Shown here: positions 36,995 to 46,297 of the stretch, one piece after another
Position numbering within the stretch: the first letter of the stretch is position 1
How the letters are laid out: each line of letters begins with the position of its first letter
DNA from: Candidatus Uhrbacteria bacterium CG10_big_fil_rev_8_21_14_0_10_48_16
GTDB lineage: Bacteria; Patescibacteriota; Patescibacteriia; UBA9934; GWF2-40-263
NCBI GenBank assembly: GCA_002793515.1
Contig: PFEU01000006.1
Location: forward strand, 10,802-74,801
Direction of reading: 5' to 3'
DNA length: 64,000 nucleotides
Translations under genes and position numbers: made by a program
Notes under the pieces: generated by a model
What the model was told of the DNA's origin: nothing
What the model saw: only the letters and a program-made list of their open reading frames with translations
Database searches by the model: none

Positions 36995-37864
36995 AGGCAT
37001 GGATTGTTTACAGGTGTCTGAACACCAAATGACCCTCGGATCACAGGTCTCGCAGATGATGAGCTGTTTATGACAGGCACTCCAAGCGCAGTTGCCGAAA
37101 CGTTCACTTGTTGTCGCACATCCTGTGCAGACTCCTATAACCTCGTAGTCATCGGTAAATTGTTCCGTCATCCGCTCATCGAAGACATAGAGTGATCCTT
37201 CAAAGTTTTGACCAGGATATTTTTTCATGTACGTTCCGATCCCGCCATGGAGTTGGTGAACTTGATCAAACCCCTCGTTCAATAAAAGTCCTGAGGCTTT
37301 CTCACAACGGACGCCATAGGTACACACAGTGAGGATTTTCTTTCCTTTGAGATGTTCGAGATTTGGAACGATTTCTTTTAGATCACGAAAGTTCCTCATG
37401 CCCGGATCGATCGATCCCTTGAATCGACCAACGCTCAATTCATAATCATTACGCATGTCGATGATCGCAAAGTCTTCGCCATTGGTGAACCATGTGTGAA
37501 GTTCTTCTGGTTCAATGTGTGTTCCCGTGGTTTGGTTGGGGTCGATATCTGCGTCTCCCTCGAGGCCGATATTGAGAATATGTGGACGAACTTTGATTTT
37601 CAGTTTTCGAAACGCCGTTCCTGTTCCGGGACTTGCTTTGAACCAGAGATCTTGAAAGTCTCCAAACGTTGTTTGATGAAGAGAGGATTTAAATTGATCT
37701 AATTGCTCTCGGGTTCCCTCAACACTTCCATTGATGCCCTCGTGTGCAATAAGAATACGCCCCTTCATTTCAAGGGACTCACACAGTGTTCGGATCCAAT
37801 TCATGAATCCGGTTGGATCTGAAACAGAAGTGTATTTATAGAAGATGATGACTTCGTAAGGCAT
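36986..37864 (-). CDS. trhO: Rhodanese-domain tRNA uridine(34) hydroxylase (TrhO/YceA, UPF0176 family).
   Basis: Rhodanese active-site loop (LTVCTYGVRCEKASG) and a C-terminal Cys-rich tail (CTGCATTSERFGNCAWSACH...) typical of the YceA family. Confidence 0.7.
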   Translation of the reverse strand: MPYEVIIFYKYTSVSDPTGFMNWIRTLCESLEMKGRILIAHEGINGSVEGTREQLDQFKSSLHQTTFGDFQDLWFKASPGTGTAFRKLKIKVRPHILNIGLEGDADIDPNQTTGTHIEPEELHTWFTNGEDFAIIDMRNDYELSVGRFKGSIDPGMRNFRDLKEIVPNLEHLKGKKILTVCTYGVRCEKASGLLLNEGFDQVHQLHGGIGTYMKKYPGQNFEGSLYVFDERMTEQFTDDYEVIGVCTGCATTSERFGNCAWSACHKQLIICETCDPRVIWCSDTCKQSMPQS

Positions 37865-37904
37865 ACGTGGCTATCAATGATGGGAGGGCTGACCTCCGTT
37901 TTGA

Positions 37905-38675
37905 CTATTCCATCATGGCTGTCGCGATCATGATCGCCAAACCGGTTAAAAATATGAGGAAATGGAGAGGAATACTTGCGCGACTTCCGCCGTGTGTTGC
38001 ATTGTGTCGAAGCTCCGGGAGAAGGTCGGCGGCAGAAATATAGATGAACCCACCGATGGCAATCGGGATCAAGACAGGAACGGTCCACTCAACGGAACCG
38101 GCCAGAAAATACCCAACGACTCCACCCACAACAACCGTGAGGGCAGCCATTCCGTTATAGACAGCTGCGCGGATTTTTGAGAATCCTCCATGAACGAGTA
38201 CGGCGTAGTCGCCGAGCTCCTGTGGAATTTCGTGGAAGGCAATTGCGGCGGTGGTTGCAACTCCCAAGGATGGTGAGACACTAAACGCGGCCGCGATAAT
38301 AAGCCCGTCGATGAAATTATGGATGGTGTCTGAGTAAAGAACCAAGTGGGCAAAAGGTTTCTCTGTGGGCTCGCAGTGGTCTGCATTGTGGCAATGGTGC
38401 CAAGAAAAAAATTGTTCAAAGAGGAATGACGCCACGAAGGAACTGACAATAAGAAGCATGATCGTAAACAGATCGATCGCTCCTTCCTGGGAGAGTTCAA
38501 TCGCTTCCGGGAGCAAATGGAAGAACGCATTTCCCAGCATCGCTCCGGCGGAGAGGGCGACGAGGGTCAGCATGTCAGCGTGCACATGCTTTTTTAGGGA
38601 GGTGAGAACAATGACCCCTGTGAGCGAGAGCCCTGCGATAATCGCCGTTGCTATCAGAATGTAGATAAAAGTCAT
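37905..38675 (-). CDS. ZIP-family zinc/iron permease (ZupT-like).
   Basis: Eight TM segments. His-rich loop HHCHNADHCEPTEKPFAH. ZIP signature HNFIDGLIIAAAF...AIAFHEIPQELGDYAVL. Confidence 0.8.
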   Translation of the reverse strand: MTFIYILIATAIIAGLSLTGVIVLTSLKKHVHADMLTLVALSAGAMLGNAFFHLLPEAIELSQEGAIDLFTIMLLIVSSFVASFLFEQFFSWHHCHNADHCEPTEKPFAHLVLYSDTIHNFIDGLIIAAAFSVSPSLGVATTAAIAFHEIPQELGDYAVLVHGGFSKIRAAVYNGMAALTVVVGGVVGYFLAGSVEWTVPVLIPIAIGGFIYISAADLLPELRHNATHGGSRASIPLHFLIFLTGLAIMIATAMME

Positions 38676-38684
38676 AAGAGTAGG

Positions 38685-39038
38685 TTACGCGCACGTTTCG
38701 CACGTGCCGATAAATTCTAAATGATGGGTTTCTTGTTTTGGGATAGGGCAGGGAACGCATTCGATAACGTCACAGGTATCGCAGACACGGTGGTCGTGGT
38801 GTGTGACGCCAGCGCGTTCGAAATGACTTTGTCCATCATGGGCATGGACATCTGACACAAGTCCACTCGCAACGAGCTTTGTGAGATTTCGGTAGACGGT
38901 AGAAAGATCTAGATGAGGAAGGGCCTCGTGAATCTCCTTAGCTGTCCATGTGCGGGTGGACTCAAAGAGTTCCAGGATTTGCTCTCGATCCTTCGTGTGG
39001 CGCAGTCCTGCAGAATGGAGTTGGTTGCGTGTACTCAT
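38685..39038 (-). CDS. zur: Fur-family metalloregulator, probably Zur.
   Basis: Winged HTH (KDREQILELF...EIHEAL) and C-terminal HHDHRVCDTCDVIECVPC (CxxC...CxxC). 9 nt upstream of the ZIP gene, so an operon. TTG 39044 is an alternative start. Confidence 0.75.
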   Translation of the reverse strand: MSTRNQLHSAGLRHTKDREQILELFESTRTWTAKEIHEALPHLDLSTVYRNLTKLVASGLVSDVHAHDGQSHFERAGVTHHDHRVCDTCDVIECVPCPIPKQETHHLEFIGTCETCA

Positions 39039-39061
39039 AAGCAAACAAAAGCAGAGCCATT

Positions 39062-39079
39062 ATGCAAATTGATTTGCAT
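39062..39079. promoter_or_regulatory. Candidate Zur/Fur box (8-2-8 perfect palindrome) in the zur-ZIP promoter.
   Basis: ATGCAAAT-TG-ATTTGCAT lies 20-40 nt upstream of the zur start. Confidence 0.45.
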
Positions 39080-39102
39080 GTTGTCAATGGGGTTTGTGGA
39101 AC

Positions 39103-39909
39103 TTAATAGGTGAGGGTGATCTCAACCGGACAGTGGTCTGATCCCATAACCGTTGGGTGAATGGAAGCGCTGGTAAGGCGTTTTTTCAGTTTTGAGCTTA
39201 CGAAAAAATAGTCGATGCGCCACCCGACGTTTCGGGCGCGGGCGCCACCGAAGTTGCTCCACCAGGTGTAGGCGTCTGTGGTATCAGGATAGAAGTGGCG
39301 GAAGGTATCAATAAAGCCGGCTTCGACGAGCTTGTCCGCGCCTTCGCGCTCCTCATCGGTGAAGCCAGCATTTTTCCGGTTGTCCTTTGGGCGTGCCAGG
39401 TCAATTTCTTTGTGGGCGACATTGAGATCGCCACAGAAGACCACAGGCTTCTTTTTCTCAAGCTCCTTCATGTACGATAAAAACGCAGGATCCCAGATCG
39501 TGTGACGGAACTTCAGACGGGCAAGATCACGCTTGGCGTTTGGTGTGTAGACGGTGACGAGGAAAAAGTCCTCGAACTCCATGGTGATGATACGACCCTC
39601 CCTGAGGGGCTGACCAAATCGATCTTCAAATAGGGTTGGATCCGCATCAGGAATGTCGTAGGTAATGGAGAGGGGTTTGAGCTTTGTAAAGATCGCCGTA
39701 CCGGCATAGCCTGCTTTTTCTGCCGAGTTCCAAATTTCCTCGTATTCAGGCAGATCAATTTCCGCTTGACCTTGCTTGGCCTTTGTTTCTTGTAGACACA
39801 GAATGTCCGGCTGATGCTTCTTCACAAATGGGATAAACGCCTCTTTACGCAAAACCGCACGCAGACCATTGACGTTCCAGGAAATAAGTTTGAGGGGACG
39901 GTTGGGCAT
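39103..39909 (-). CDS. xth: Exodeoxyribonuclease III / AP endonuclease (Xth family).
   Basis: LKLISWNVNGLRA...DILCLQETK N-terminus and C-terminal SDHCPV motif. Confidence 0.85.
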   Translation of the reverse strand: MPNRPLKLISWNVNGLRAVLRKEAFIPFVKKHQPDILCLQETKAKQGQAEIDLPEYEEIWNSAEKAGYAGTAIFTKLKPLSITYDIPDADPTLFEDRFGQPLREGRIITMEFEDFFLVTVYTPNAKRDLARLKFRHTIWDPAFLSYMKELEKKKPVVFCGDLNVAHKEIDLARPKDNRKNAGFTDEEREGADKLVEAGFIDTFRHFYPDTTDAYTWWSNFGGARARNVGWRIDYFFVSSKLKKRLTSASIHPTVMGSDHCPVEITLTY

Positions 39910-39940
39910 AAGGCTATAAAACAGGAGGAAGTGTTAATTT

Positions 39941-40327
39941 CTATTCCGTTGTTTGTCCATCGAAGTGTTCTTCTGACTCTTCTGCTTTTGTTCGATGAAT
40001 TGTTTGGTCTTTGTGTTCAGGAGGGGAGTAGACGGAATAGAGTTTGAGAGGAGTCGTTCCTGTATTGATGACGTTATGGGTGGTGCCAGCGGGTATGACG
40101 ATCGCGAAATCGTCCTTCACCTCGTGTGTCACACCATCAAGAATAACTTGTGCTGATCCTTCTTCAATGCGGATAAACTGATCCAGATGGTGTGTCTCCA
40201 AGCCGATTTCATCTTCTGGCTGAATATTCATGAGAACAAGCTGACTGTTCCTCGCCGTATAAAGCACACGACGATAGTCGGTATTTTGGAGCGTGGCTTC
40301 TTCGATGTTGATAATAAAACCTTTCAT
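39941..40327 (-). CDS. Cupin-domain protein.
   Basis: Cupin_2-like motifs (METHHLDQFIRIEEGSAQV...; IVIPAGTTHNVINTG). Confidence 0.6.
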   Translation of the reverse strand: MKGFIINIEEATLQNTDYRRVLYTARNSQLVLMNIQPEDEIGLETHHLDQFIRIEEGSAQVILDGVTHEVKDDFAIVIPAGTTHNVINTGTTPLKLYSVYSPPEHKDQTIHRTKAEESEEHFDGQTTE

Positions 40328-40411
40328 AGAATTGAGGGTTACGTATAGAGCTATAATAGCATTCTTTTCGATGTCTTGGATGATAAAATTTGAAATGAGC
40401 TACGAATGAAA

Positions 40412-40446
40412 ACAAAAAACCGTCCGTAAACGGACGGTTTTTTTGT
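40412..40446 (-). terminator. Rho-independent terminator downstream of csp.
   Basis: aaccgtccg-taaa-cggacggtt with T-tracts on both sides. Confidence 0.6.
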
Positions 40447-40452
40447 TGACTG

Positions 40453-40650
40453 TTAAGCGCGTCGAACATTTACAGCACGAGGTCCCTTTTCAGAGTCTTC
40501 GGTCTCAAATGTTACGGCGTCACCTTCACGAAGTTCATCGAATGATACATCGACAAGCTCAGATGAGTGGAAGAACAAGTCCTTCTCCTCGCCTTCTACT
40601 GCGATGAATCCAAATCCCTTATCTGTCAACCGTTTGATAATACCGGTCAT
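40453..40650 (-). CDS. cspA: Cold-shock protein (CspA family).
   Basis: RNP1 KGFGFI and RNP2-like FFHSS motifs; 65 aa. About 120-nt untranslated leader upstream (40651-40773), typical of csp genes. Confidence 0.85.
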   Translation of the reverse strand: MTGIIKRLTDKGFGFIAVEGEEKDLFFHSSELVDVSFDELREGDAVTFETEDSEKGPRAVNVRRA

Positions 40651-40773
40651 AGTGATTGGTGTTAATGTGAATTATCCGCAAATTTGTCCTCTTTTGGGAA
40701 ATTTGAGGATCTCCACAACGAGTACTTTGCTACCAATAAGATACATCACATGGCGATAAATGTCAATAGCTCT

Positions 40774-41550
40774 CTAGAGATGAGGGCTAGCCTGTTGATA
40801 ACTTTCCTTATATTCTGAGCCATCCTCTAAAAATGAGCCAACAGAGCTCCTTTTAAGGGAAAGAAGAATGGCTCCACACCCGAGCTGATTTCCAAGTGAA
40901 TGCGCAAGGGCACGAATATAGGTTCCGCTTTGGACATCCAAAGTAACGACCGAAATCCAGTAGTTTTGCTCAGAATCCCCAAGGTTCTTCCAAGAGTCCT
41001 TTGATTGCGCTTGCCGGAAATTGCCTGTGACACGATCGATACGGGAGAATACCTCCGACCGAATGTTATCAAGTCGTTCTGATGAAACGGTCTCTATGTG
41101 ACTGTGGTTTACGCGCATTTCCTTGTGTGGAATGTGGATCTCTTGAAGTCTGTGTTGTTGTGCCCACCAATGAAGCGGTTTCCCTTGAACTTTATAGGAT
41201 GCATAAGGAGGGAAGGGAAGTATGTGGGTTCCAGGAAGGGATGTGAGCGCTTGCTCAATTTGGTCTCTTGTCGGATCTGACCCTTTTTGGATGATCCCGA
41301 GTGCATCATAGGTATCAGAAGAAAGACCAAATAAAAATGTTGCATGATAGGTTTTGTCGAGATTTTGAAACGCCTCTTTTTGATGTCGATCCTCTCCTGT
41401 AAGAAACACAATGACTCCCTCTGCCATAGGATCAAGTCGACCCGTGTAGGTGATAGGATCGTTTTTCCATTCCGGATGCATACGTCGGATCTCCTCGATA
41501 CATTCAAAGGGGGTCCACCCTAGCGGTTTGTAGAAATTGATGATAGCCAT
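40774..41550 (-). CDS. truB: tRNA pseudouridine(55) synthase TruB (short form, no PUA extension).
   Basis: Catalytic motif TYTGRLDPMAEGVIVFLTGED. TruB family length and pattern. Confidence 0.85.
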   Translation of the reverse strand: MAIINFYKPLGWTPFECIEEIRRMHPEWKNDPITYTGRLDPMAEGVIVFLTGEDRHQKEAFQNLDKTYHATFLFGLSSDTYDALGIIQKGSDPTRDQIEQALTSLPGTHILPFPPYASYKVQGKPLHWWAQQHRLQEIHIPHKEMRVNHSHIETVSSERLDNIRSEVFSRIDRVTGNFRQAQSKDSWKNLGDSEQNYWISVVTLDVQSGTYIRALAHSLGNQLGCGAILLSLKRSSVGSFLEDGSEYKESYQQASPHL

Positions 41551-41570
41551 ATCTCTTTTCTTTCACAAAA

Positions 41571-41598
41571 AGACATCAGTGTCTACTGATGTCTTTTG
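41571..41598. terminator. Bidirectional rho-independent terminator.
   Basis: AAAAagacatcagt-gtct-actgatgtctTTTT. Confidence 0.5.
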
Positions 41599-41737
41599 AG
41601 AAGAATGATACGTCCTTATTTTTTTGCATCCTTCTTCGGTTTCTTCTTTTCTTTGCGGGCGTTTTTCCCTTTGGCCATATAAATAGTGTTAGGAAGAATT
41701 CTACAATATCACATTCTGTATTTCTTTGTGAATAGTT

Positions 41738-42721
41738 TTATTGAGCTGAGGGTTCTGAAGGGATTGTTTCACAATCAATCGGATCGAAACTGTCGGCTTG
41801 AAGACCTCCCGCTATCCAATCCTCGAGCATAACCGTCATGCTTTGTTTATTCTCGTATCGGCATTGTCGTGTAAGACCAACCATTTCTTCTTGAGCCTCT
41901 CCGTCGATCAGATATTCTTGGACAACACTCTTAAAGGTAAACAATCCAAGCTCATCAGCTGGAGTATGTTCAATAAGGCTGAGGGATTCTAAAAGTATTC
42001 CAAAGAACTCAAGAGACATAGGGCTTGTCACACGTGCTTGAATGTCTCCTTCGACCGCACTGAGCATGCAGTCAAGATTATCGTCACAGTCGATCACTGA
42101 GGAGAAAAGGGGAATGGTCTCAAGGTTCGCATTGGTGATCCCAAGACTTAAGTATCGCATGATTTGGTATGCGGAATCACCATTGGACATATAGTAGCGA
42201 TGTCCATCTTCTGGGTGGACATACCAAGCTTGTCCAGCTTCCTCTACTTGAAGAAGAATAGTTCCTTTGAGCCTTTCCATAAGATCCACATCAGCTGTGA
42301 GTTCGCCTAAGCCGAGTGGATCCGTTCCGTTTTCCAGTTCTGTTCGATCATCGGTCCCATCTTCATCAGAATCTGTTGTTGTCGGATCTGTGCCGAGTCC
42401 TTCTTCTAGTTTGTCAGAAAGTCCATCACCATCCGTATCTGTCTCTTCAAAACGATCCTCAAATCCGACAGGAATTTTTGCAAGGTTCTCGTTTGTGATG
42501 CCGAGTCCGAAATTTCTCAATACCGCATAGGCGGCATTGCCATTTTTAATGTAGACCCGCTCTTGGGTGTCAGGAGTGACATACCAAGCCTCACCGGCCT
42601 CTTCGACTTGCAATAGGATACGACCAATCGTCTGTGAGGGGGTGGATGCGAATACCCATGATGGAGCAAGAGCAAAAATCAGGGTAAGAGCAAGCGTTTG
42701 AATAGACAGCTGTGTATTCAT
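41738..42721 (-). CDS. Exported protein with two ~65-aa internal repeats separated by an Asp-rich Ca-binding-like linker.
   Basis: Signal peptide. Repeats GRILLQVEEAGEAWYVTPDTQERVYIKNGNAAYAVLRNFGLGITNENLAKIP and GTILLQVEEAGQAWYVHPEDGHRYYMSNGDSAYQIMRYLSLGITNANLETIP. Linker DTDGDGLSDKLEEGLGTDPTTTDSDEDGTDDRTELENGTDP. Confidence 0.5.
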   Translation of the reverse strand: MNTQLSIQTLALTLIFALAPSWVFASTPSQTIGRILLQVEEAGEAWYVTPDTQERVYIKNGNAAYAVLRNFGLGITNENLAKIPVGFEDRFEETDTDGDGLSDKLEEGLGTDPTTTDSDEDGTDDRTELENGTDPLGLGELTADVDLMERLKGTILLQVEEAGQAWYVHPEDGHRYYMSNGDSAYQIMRYLSLGITNANLETIPLFSSVIDCDDNLDCMLSAVEGDIQARVTSPMSLEFFGILLESLSLIEHTPADELGLFTFKSVVQEYLIDGEAQEEMVGLTRQCRYENKQSMTVMLEDWIAGGLQADSFDPIDCETIPSEPSAQ

Positions 42722-42770
42722 AGAAGGCTATTATATCAAGTCCATGTTATGTAGGCGACTGCTTTTTCTT

Positions 42771-43910
42771 CTAAAATGTCAGAGTCAGAAGAGCTCGCCC
42801 TCGTTCTGCCCAGTTTGTTTCTCCCAGGGCCTCCATTTCAATGATGTAGTCTGCTAAAAGTGTTTGACGTTCTTCCTCCTCTTTTTTCTGAGACAAATAG
42901 GTTTCAAGAAGGGTGAAGTGCATGGATTCACGCATGGAGGCATCTTCTAGTTGCCACCAAAGTTGTTGCTCAAACATCCGTTCGACAAGAATGGGATCAT
43001 GAAGATTCATCGTAATTATATCGATGATTTCCTGCTGAATTTCTTCTTTTGAGGCCCCCTCTGGAGGATTGAAGGGCGACTCCAGAAATGTCGTCAACAT
43101 TTCTGGATCATAAGCTACTTCCTGGACCAAGTATTCTGGCTTCATGGAGAGCTCTACACGTTCCGGGTATTTGGATAGCTCCATGGCCACGACCACTCTG
43201 GAGAGTTCTTGGGCTTGAGAGAATGTAAGGTCTGTATCGACGAGTTTATAGAGGATGTATTCCAAAGCGGTGAATTGGCTGATCGTGTCTTGCGTGAGGA
43301 GTTGTTTAAGAAAGGTGGAGTGGTTGTGCGCTCGCTGAGGTTCCCCGATAGCGTAGGCATGGCGTGCTCGAAGCCATTGCAAAGTTTCTGTGGTAGGGAG
43401 TTGAAGGAGTCTAAAGATGCCAAGGGCTTTTGAGAATCCGACCATCACAACGTAATCAGTCTGTTTGCCAAGAATCTGTTCAATTTGTGTCATGCCGTAT
43501 TCAAGTCCGCCAATTGCGCAGGCGTTTGAGACATAGTAGTCACTGGGGACGTGACCGGCTTCTGGAAGCAGAGCAAACGTTCCTCGTGGGATGGCGGTGA
43601 TGCGGACTCTGTCATTTTTGCGATTGAGTTCAATAAACTGAATCACGTCACAGTGTGCCACGTCACTTCCCGCACGTGCATCAAGACCAAGCAGGAGAAT
43701 CGAAACGAGATCGTCTTCGCCAAAGAGATCACTCGTCGTTTCTTGTGTTTGTAGATCAATACGTTGATCAATGACGGATTGAATCTCGTTTTGTAGAAGG
43801 ATCTGAGCCTGATGTCTTTGTGAGGTGTAAACCCATCCTATCAGACTCAAACCACAAAAAAGGATGAGGGTAACGAGGAAAAACGCAAGGAAGAATTTAC
43901 GGCGCAACAT
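42771..43910 (-). CDS. LytR-CpsA-Psr (LCP) family cell-envelope phosphotransferase with a C-terminal extension.
   Basis: N-terminal TM, then an LCP core (ILLLGLDARAGSDVAHCDVIQFIELNRKNDRVRITAIPRGT...DYVVMVGFSKALGIF). Confidence 0.65.
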   Translation of the reverse strand: MLRRKFFLAFFLVTLILFCGLSLIGWVYTSQRHQAQILLQNEIQSVIDQRIDLQTQETTSDLFGEDDLVSILLLGLDARAGSDVAHCDVIQFIELNRKNDRVRITAIPRGTFALLPEAGHVPSDYYVSNACAIGGLEYGMTQIEQILGKQTDYVVMVGFSKALGIFRLLQLPTTETLQWLRARHAYAIGEPQRAHNHSTFLKQLLTQDTISQFTALEYILYKLVDTDLTFSQAQELSRVVVAMELSKYPERVELSMKPEYLVQEVAYDPEMLTTFLESPFNPPEGASKEEIQQEIIDIITMNLHDPILVERMFEQQLWWQLEDASMRESMHFTLLETYLSQKKEEEERQTLLADYIIEMEALGETNWAERGRALLTLTF

Positions 43911-43989
43911 AGAGTGATTGTGATCTCACATCATATCAAGAGGTCCTGCTTGAGTGAAGGAAAAGGATCCCAACTCTATGGCAAGAGGG

Positions 43990-44316
43990 TTAATTTACTT
44001 GTGCTTTTTGGATGACCTGAACAATGGCTTTCACAAAAGGATTATCCTGCTTTAATTGTGGAATAACTTTTTTTCCATCGCGTACCTTCTGTAATAAATG
44101 GCATTGGGTCAATATTTTTATGTGTTGTGAAGCAAGCGGGAGGGAGATCTTCAAGATCTCAGCGATATCTCCCACAGAGAGTTTTGGATTCTTTGTCAGA
44201 ATGCAAAGGATTCGGTAGCGGTTTATCTCATTAAGGGCCTTAAACATGGAAACGATCTGTGCGTCGTTTCCATTATAAAGTTTCCGGTTGTCGCGAAGCT
44301 CCTTGGCGGTTAACAT
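43990..44316 (-). CDS. ArsR/SmtB-family winged-helix transcriptional regulator.
   Basis: HTH region ALNEINRYRILCILTKNPKLSVGDIAEILKISLPLASQHIKIL. Confidence 0.6.
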   Translation of the reverse strand: MLTAKELRDNRKLYNGNDAQIVSMFKALNEINRYRILCILTKNPKLSVGDIAEILKISLPLASQHIKILTQCHLLQKVRDGKKVIPQLKQDNPFVKAIVQVIQKAQVN

Positions 44317-44320
44317 AGAT

Positions 44321-44348
44321 AAATAGTTAAATAATCGTTTAACTATTT
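44321..44348. promoter_or_regulatory. Perfect 11-6-11 inverted repeat immediately upstream of the ArsR-family gene (candidate operator).
   Basis: AAATAGTTAAA-taatcg-TTTAACTATTT begins 5 nt upstream of the start codon. Confidence 0.4.
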
Positions 44349-44418
44349 AACGATAAGACTATTATACAAGGGTGTCAACCAACGATCTTCTGAACTCGGA
44401 TTATTTACCCTAATCAGT

Positions 44419-45501
44419 CTATTGATATTGAACAAAGATAGGTTGGGGGAGGAGTTGGAGGATTTGTTCTGGGCTCATGAGATAGGAGCCTGCGTAGCGG
44501 ACGTCGTTTTTGTAAAACACTTTAAATCCCGTGAACTGAACAGGTTCATTTTTGATGTAAGCCTCGTAGGTTGCCACTTTTTGTCCAGGCGTTCCCCACC
44601 CATCCATATCCATGACCACTTGAACATCCGTAAGTGGGGTGATCTGGTCGCTGTTAGTGACCATAGCCTGGGTGTATCGATGAACAACCAGTATTTTTGG
44701 TGGGAGGTCGTGGGTCTGTACCAACTCGGCAAGATACTCTGCAATCGTGTTGAGCTCGCTTGCGTCCACTGTTCCCACAGCCGTTCCGGGTGGTTGGCGA
44801 TATTTCATGGCGAATTCTGGGTCAATCGCAAGATGCACCTGAGGAAGGGTTAGATACGGCTCTAGATGCTCAACCTCATCCATCAAATTGGCGAGACCGG
44901 CTTGAACCTCGAGGATCACGATGCCATCAATTTCATCGGCCATAGCGATAGCTCGTTCAATGTGTTCCTCTGGCATTCTGAATCGATACAACCCATCACT
45001 TCCAGGACTCGCTTGAGCGGTGACAGCAATGTAATCGATGGCCGGCATGACGGGTGTGCTCGGGTCTGCTTCCTCCCAATCGAGGACGGCTTCACTCAAA
45101 CGTCGCAATACTTCATCTCTTGAATACTCTCCCAAAATTCCCATGCGCGTTGAATAGAAATTCCCGTAATAGGCAACAATGCGATGAAACGGTAACAGAG
45201 CGCCGGGATTCGGGACGGGTGCATCTGTGACGGGCCAGAGTAAAGCTGGCGGGTTCTCCACAACGGAATGCTCTTCAAGTGATTCCTCTTCCGACACATG
45301 TGCCAACGCACGCATCCTCTGTAGGTACTCTTCAACATCAATCGTCTCGACAACTTCTTCTGCTTGAGTCTCCTGCATGTTTTCAGATGAGTCTCCTGCC
45401 ATGACAGACCCACTCTCTAAGGCGATTCGCACAGCAAAAAATCCACCGATCAAGAGAACGAGAAGACCGCTTATTACCATGATGCGCCATTGGTTTTTCA
45501 T
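44419..45501 (-). CDS. Membrane-anchored exported hypothetical protein (possibly a glycoside-hydrolase-like TIM barrel).
   Basis: N-terminal TM and acidic linker, then a ~270-aa globular domain with no motif I can name confidently. Confidence 0.4.
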   Translation of the reverse strand: MKNQWRIMVISGLLVLLIGGFFAVRIALESGSVMAGDSSENMQETQAEEVVETIDVEEYLQRMRALAHVSEEESLEEHSVVENPPALLWPVTDAPVPNPGALLPFHRIVAYYGNFYSTRMGILGEYSRDEVLRRLSEAVLDWEEADPSTPVMPAIDYIAVTAQASPGSDGLYRFRMPEEHIERAIAMADEIDGIVILEVQAGLANLMDEVEHLEPYLTLPQVHLAIDPEFAMKYRQPPGTAVGTVDASELNTIAEYLAELVQTHDLPPKILVVHRYTQAMVTNSDQITPLTDVQVVMDMDGWGTPGQKVATYEAYIKNEPVQFTGFKVFYKNDVRYAGSYLMSPEQILQLLPQPIFVQYQ

Positions 45502-45628
45502 AGATGTATGGATTGAGGTTATGTCTTACTTCGAGGGCTTCCATGTATCATCATACCAAAATTCAGCCGTATCTGTCAGAAAGAATACCGCTCATAACTT
45601 CACTCATGAGAATCCTCATCGGATGAAC

Positions 45629-46243
45629 TTACTGTTTCGTTGTTGGAGTAAACGTCTTCTTCCCTTTGACGATGCCAAATTTGCCACCGTCTCCATAAAG
45701 CGCCTGCCAACGTTCCTGTTCTTGTTCCATGTTTCGAAGTATCTGTTTATTAACAGACCGTTCTGTTCGATATTCTTCAAGTCGTTCGAGATTTTGGTTT
45801 GTGACGTACCAAACAACAGGCATCTGGTGACGGTTAGCGATATCCTGCAACTGTTGTTGAAACGCTTCGTCAATCGGTGTTGCGTAACCACCACCTTTAT
45901 GAATGACCTTAATGATCGAACGTGCGTCTATCTTGTTTTGAAGGTGAAATAGGCTTGTAGTCCGAATTCCAACCACATGATCAGATGAATCTTTGGCGAT
46001 GAGATAAAGCCGTTGATTTCCAATATTAAGGCCTGGTATTCCTTCATTTTCAGCTTTTCTCGCCTCTTCTAAATCAATTTCGTACGTTTCACACTGCAAA
46101 ACCTTACCCATCTTTGTTCGAGTTTCATAGATAGGGCCTCTTTTCAAAACGGGCTCTGGGATCGTTTTGATTCTCTCAACATCTTCTAAAATTTCCTCGC
46201 GCCATTGTTCAGGCACGGGTGGACGGTATCGCTCACCTTTCAT
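45629..46243 (-). CDS. Hypothetical protein.
   Basis: 204-aa ORF with good coding periodicity. No recognizable motif. Confidence 0.4.
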   Translation of the reverse strand: MKGERYRPPVPEQWREEILEDVERIKTIPEPVLKRGPIYETRTKMGKVLQCETYEIDLEEARKAENEGIPGLNIGNQRLYLIAKDSSDHVVGIRTTSLFHLQNKIDARSIIKVIHKGGGYATPIDEAFQQQLQDIANRHQMPVVWYVTNQNLERLEEYRTERSVNKQILRNMEQEQERWQALYGDGGKFGIVKGKKTFTPTTKQ

Positions 46244-46297
46244 AGTCTGGTAATTTCTTGTTTAGTGAGATTCATAGTGTTCAGATTATTCGTAAAT

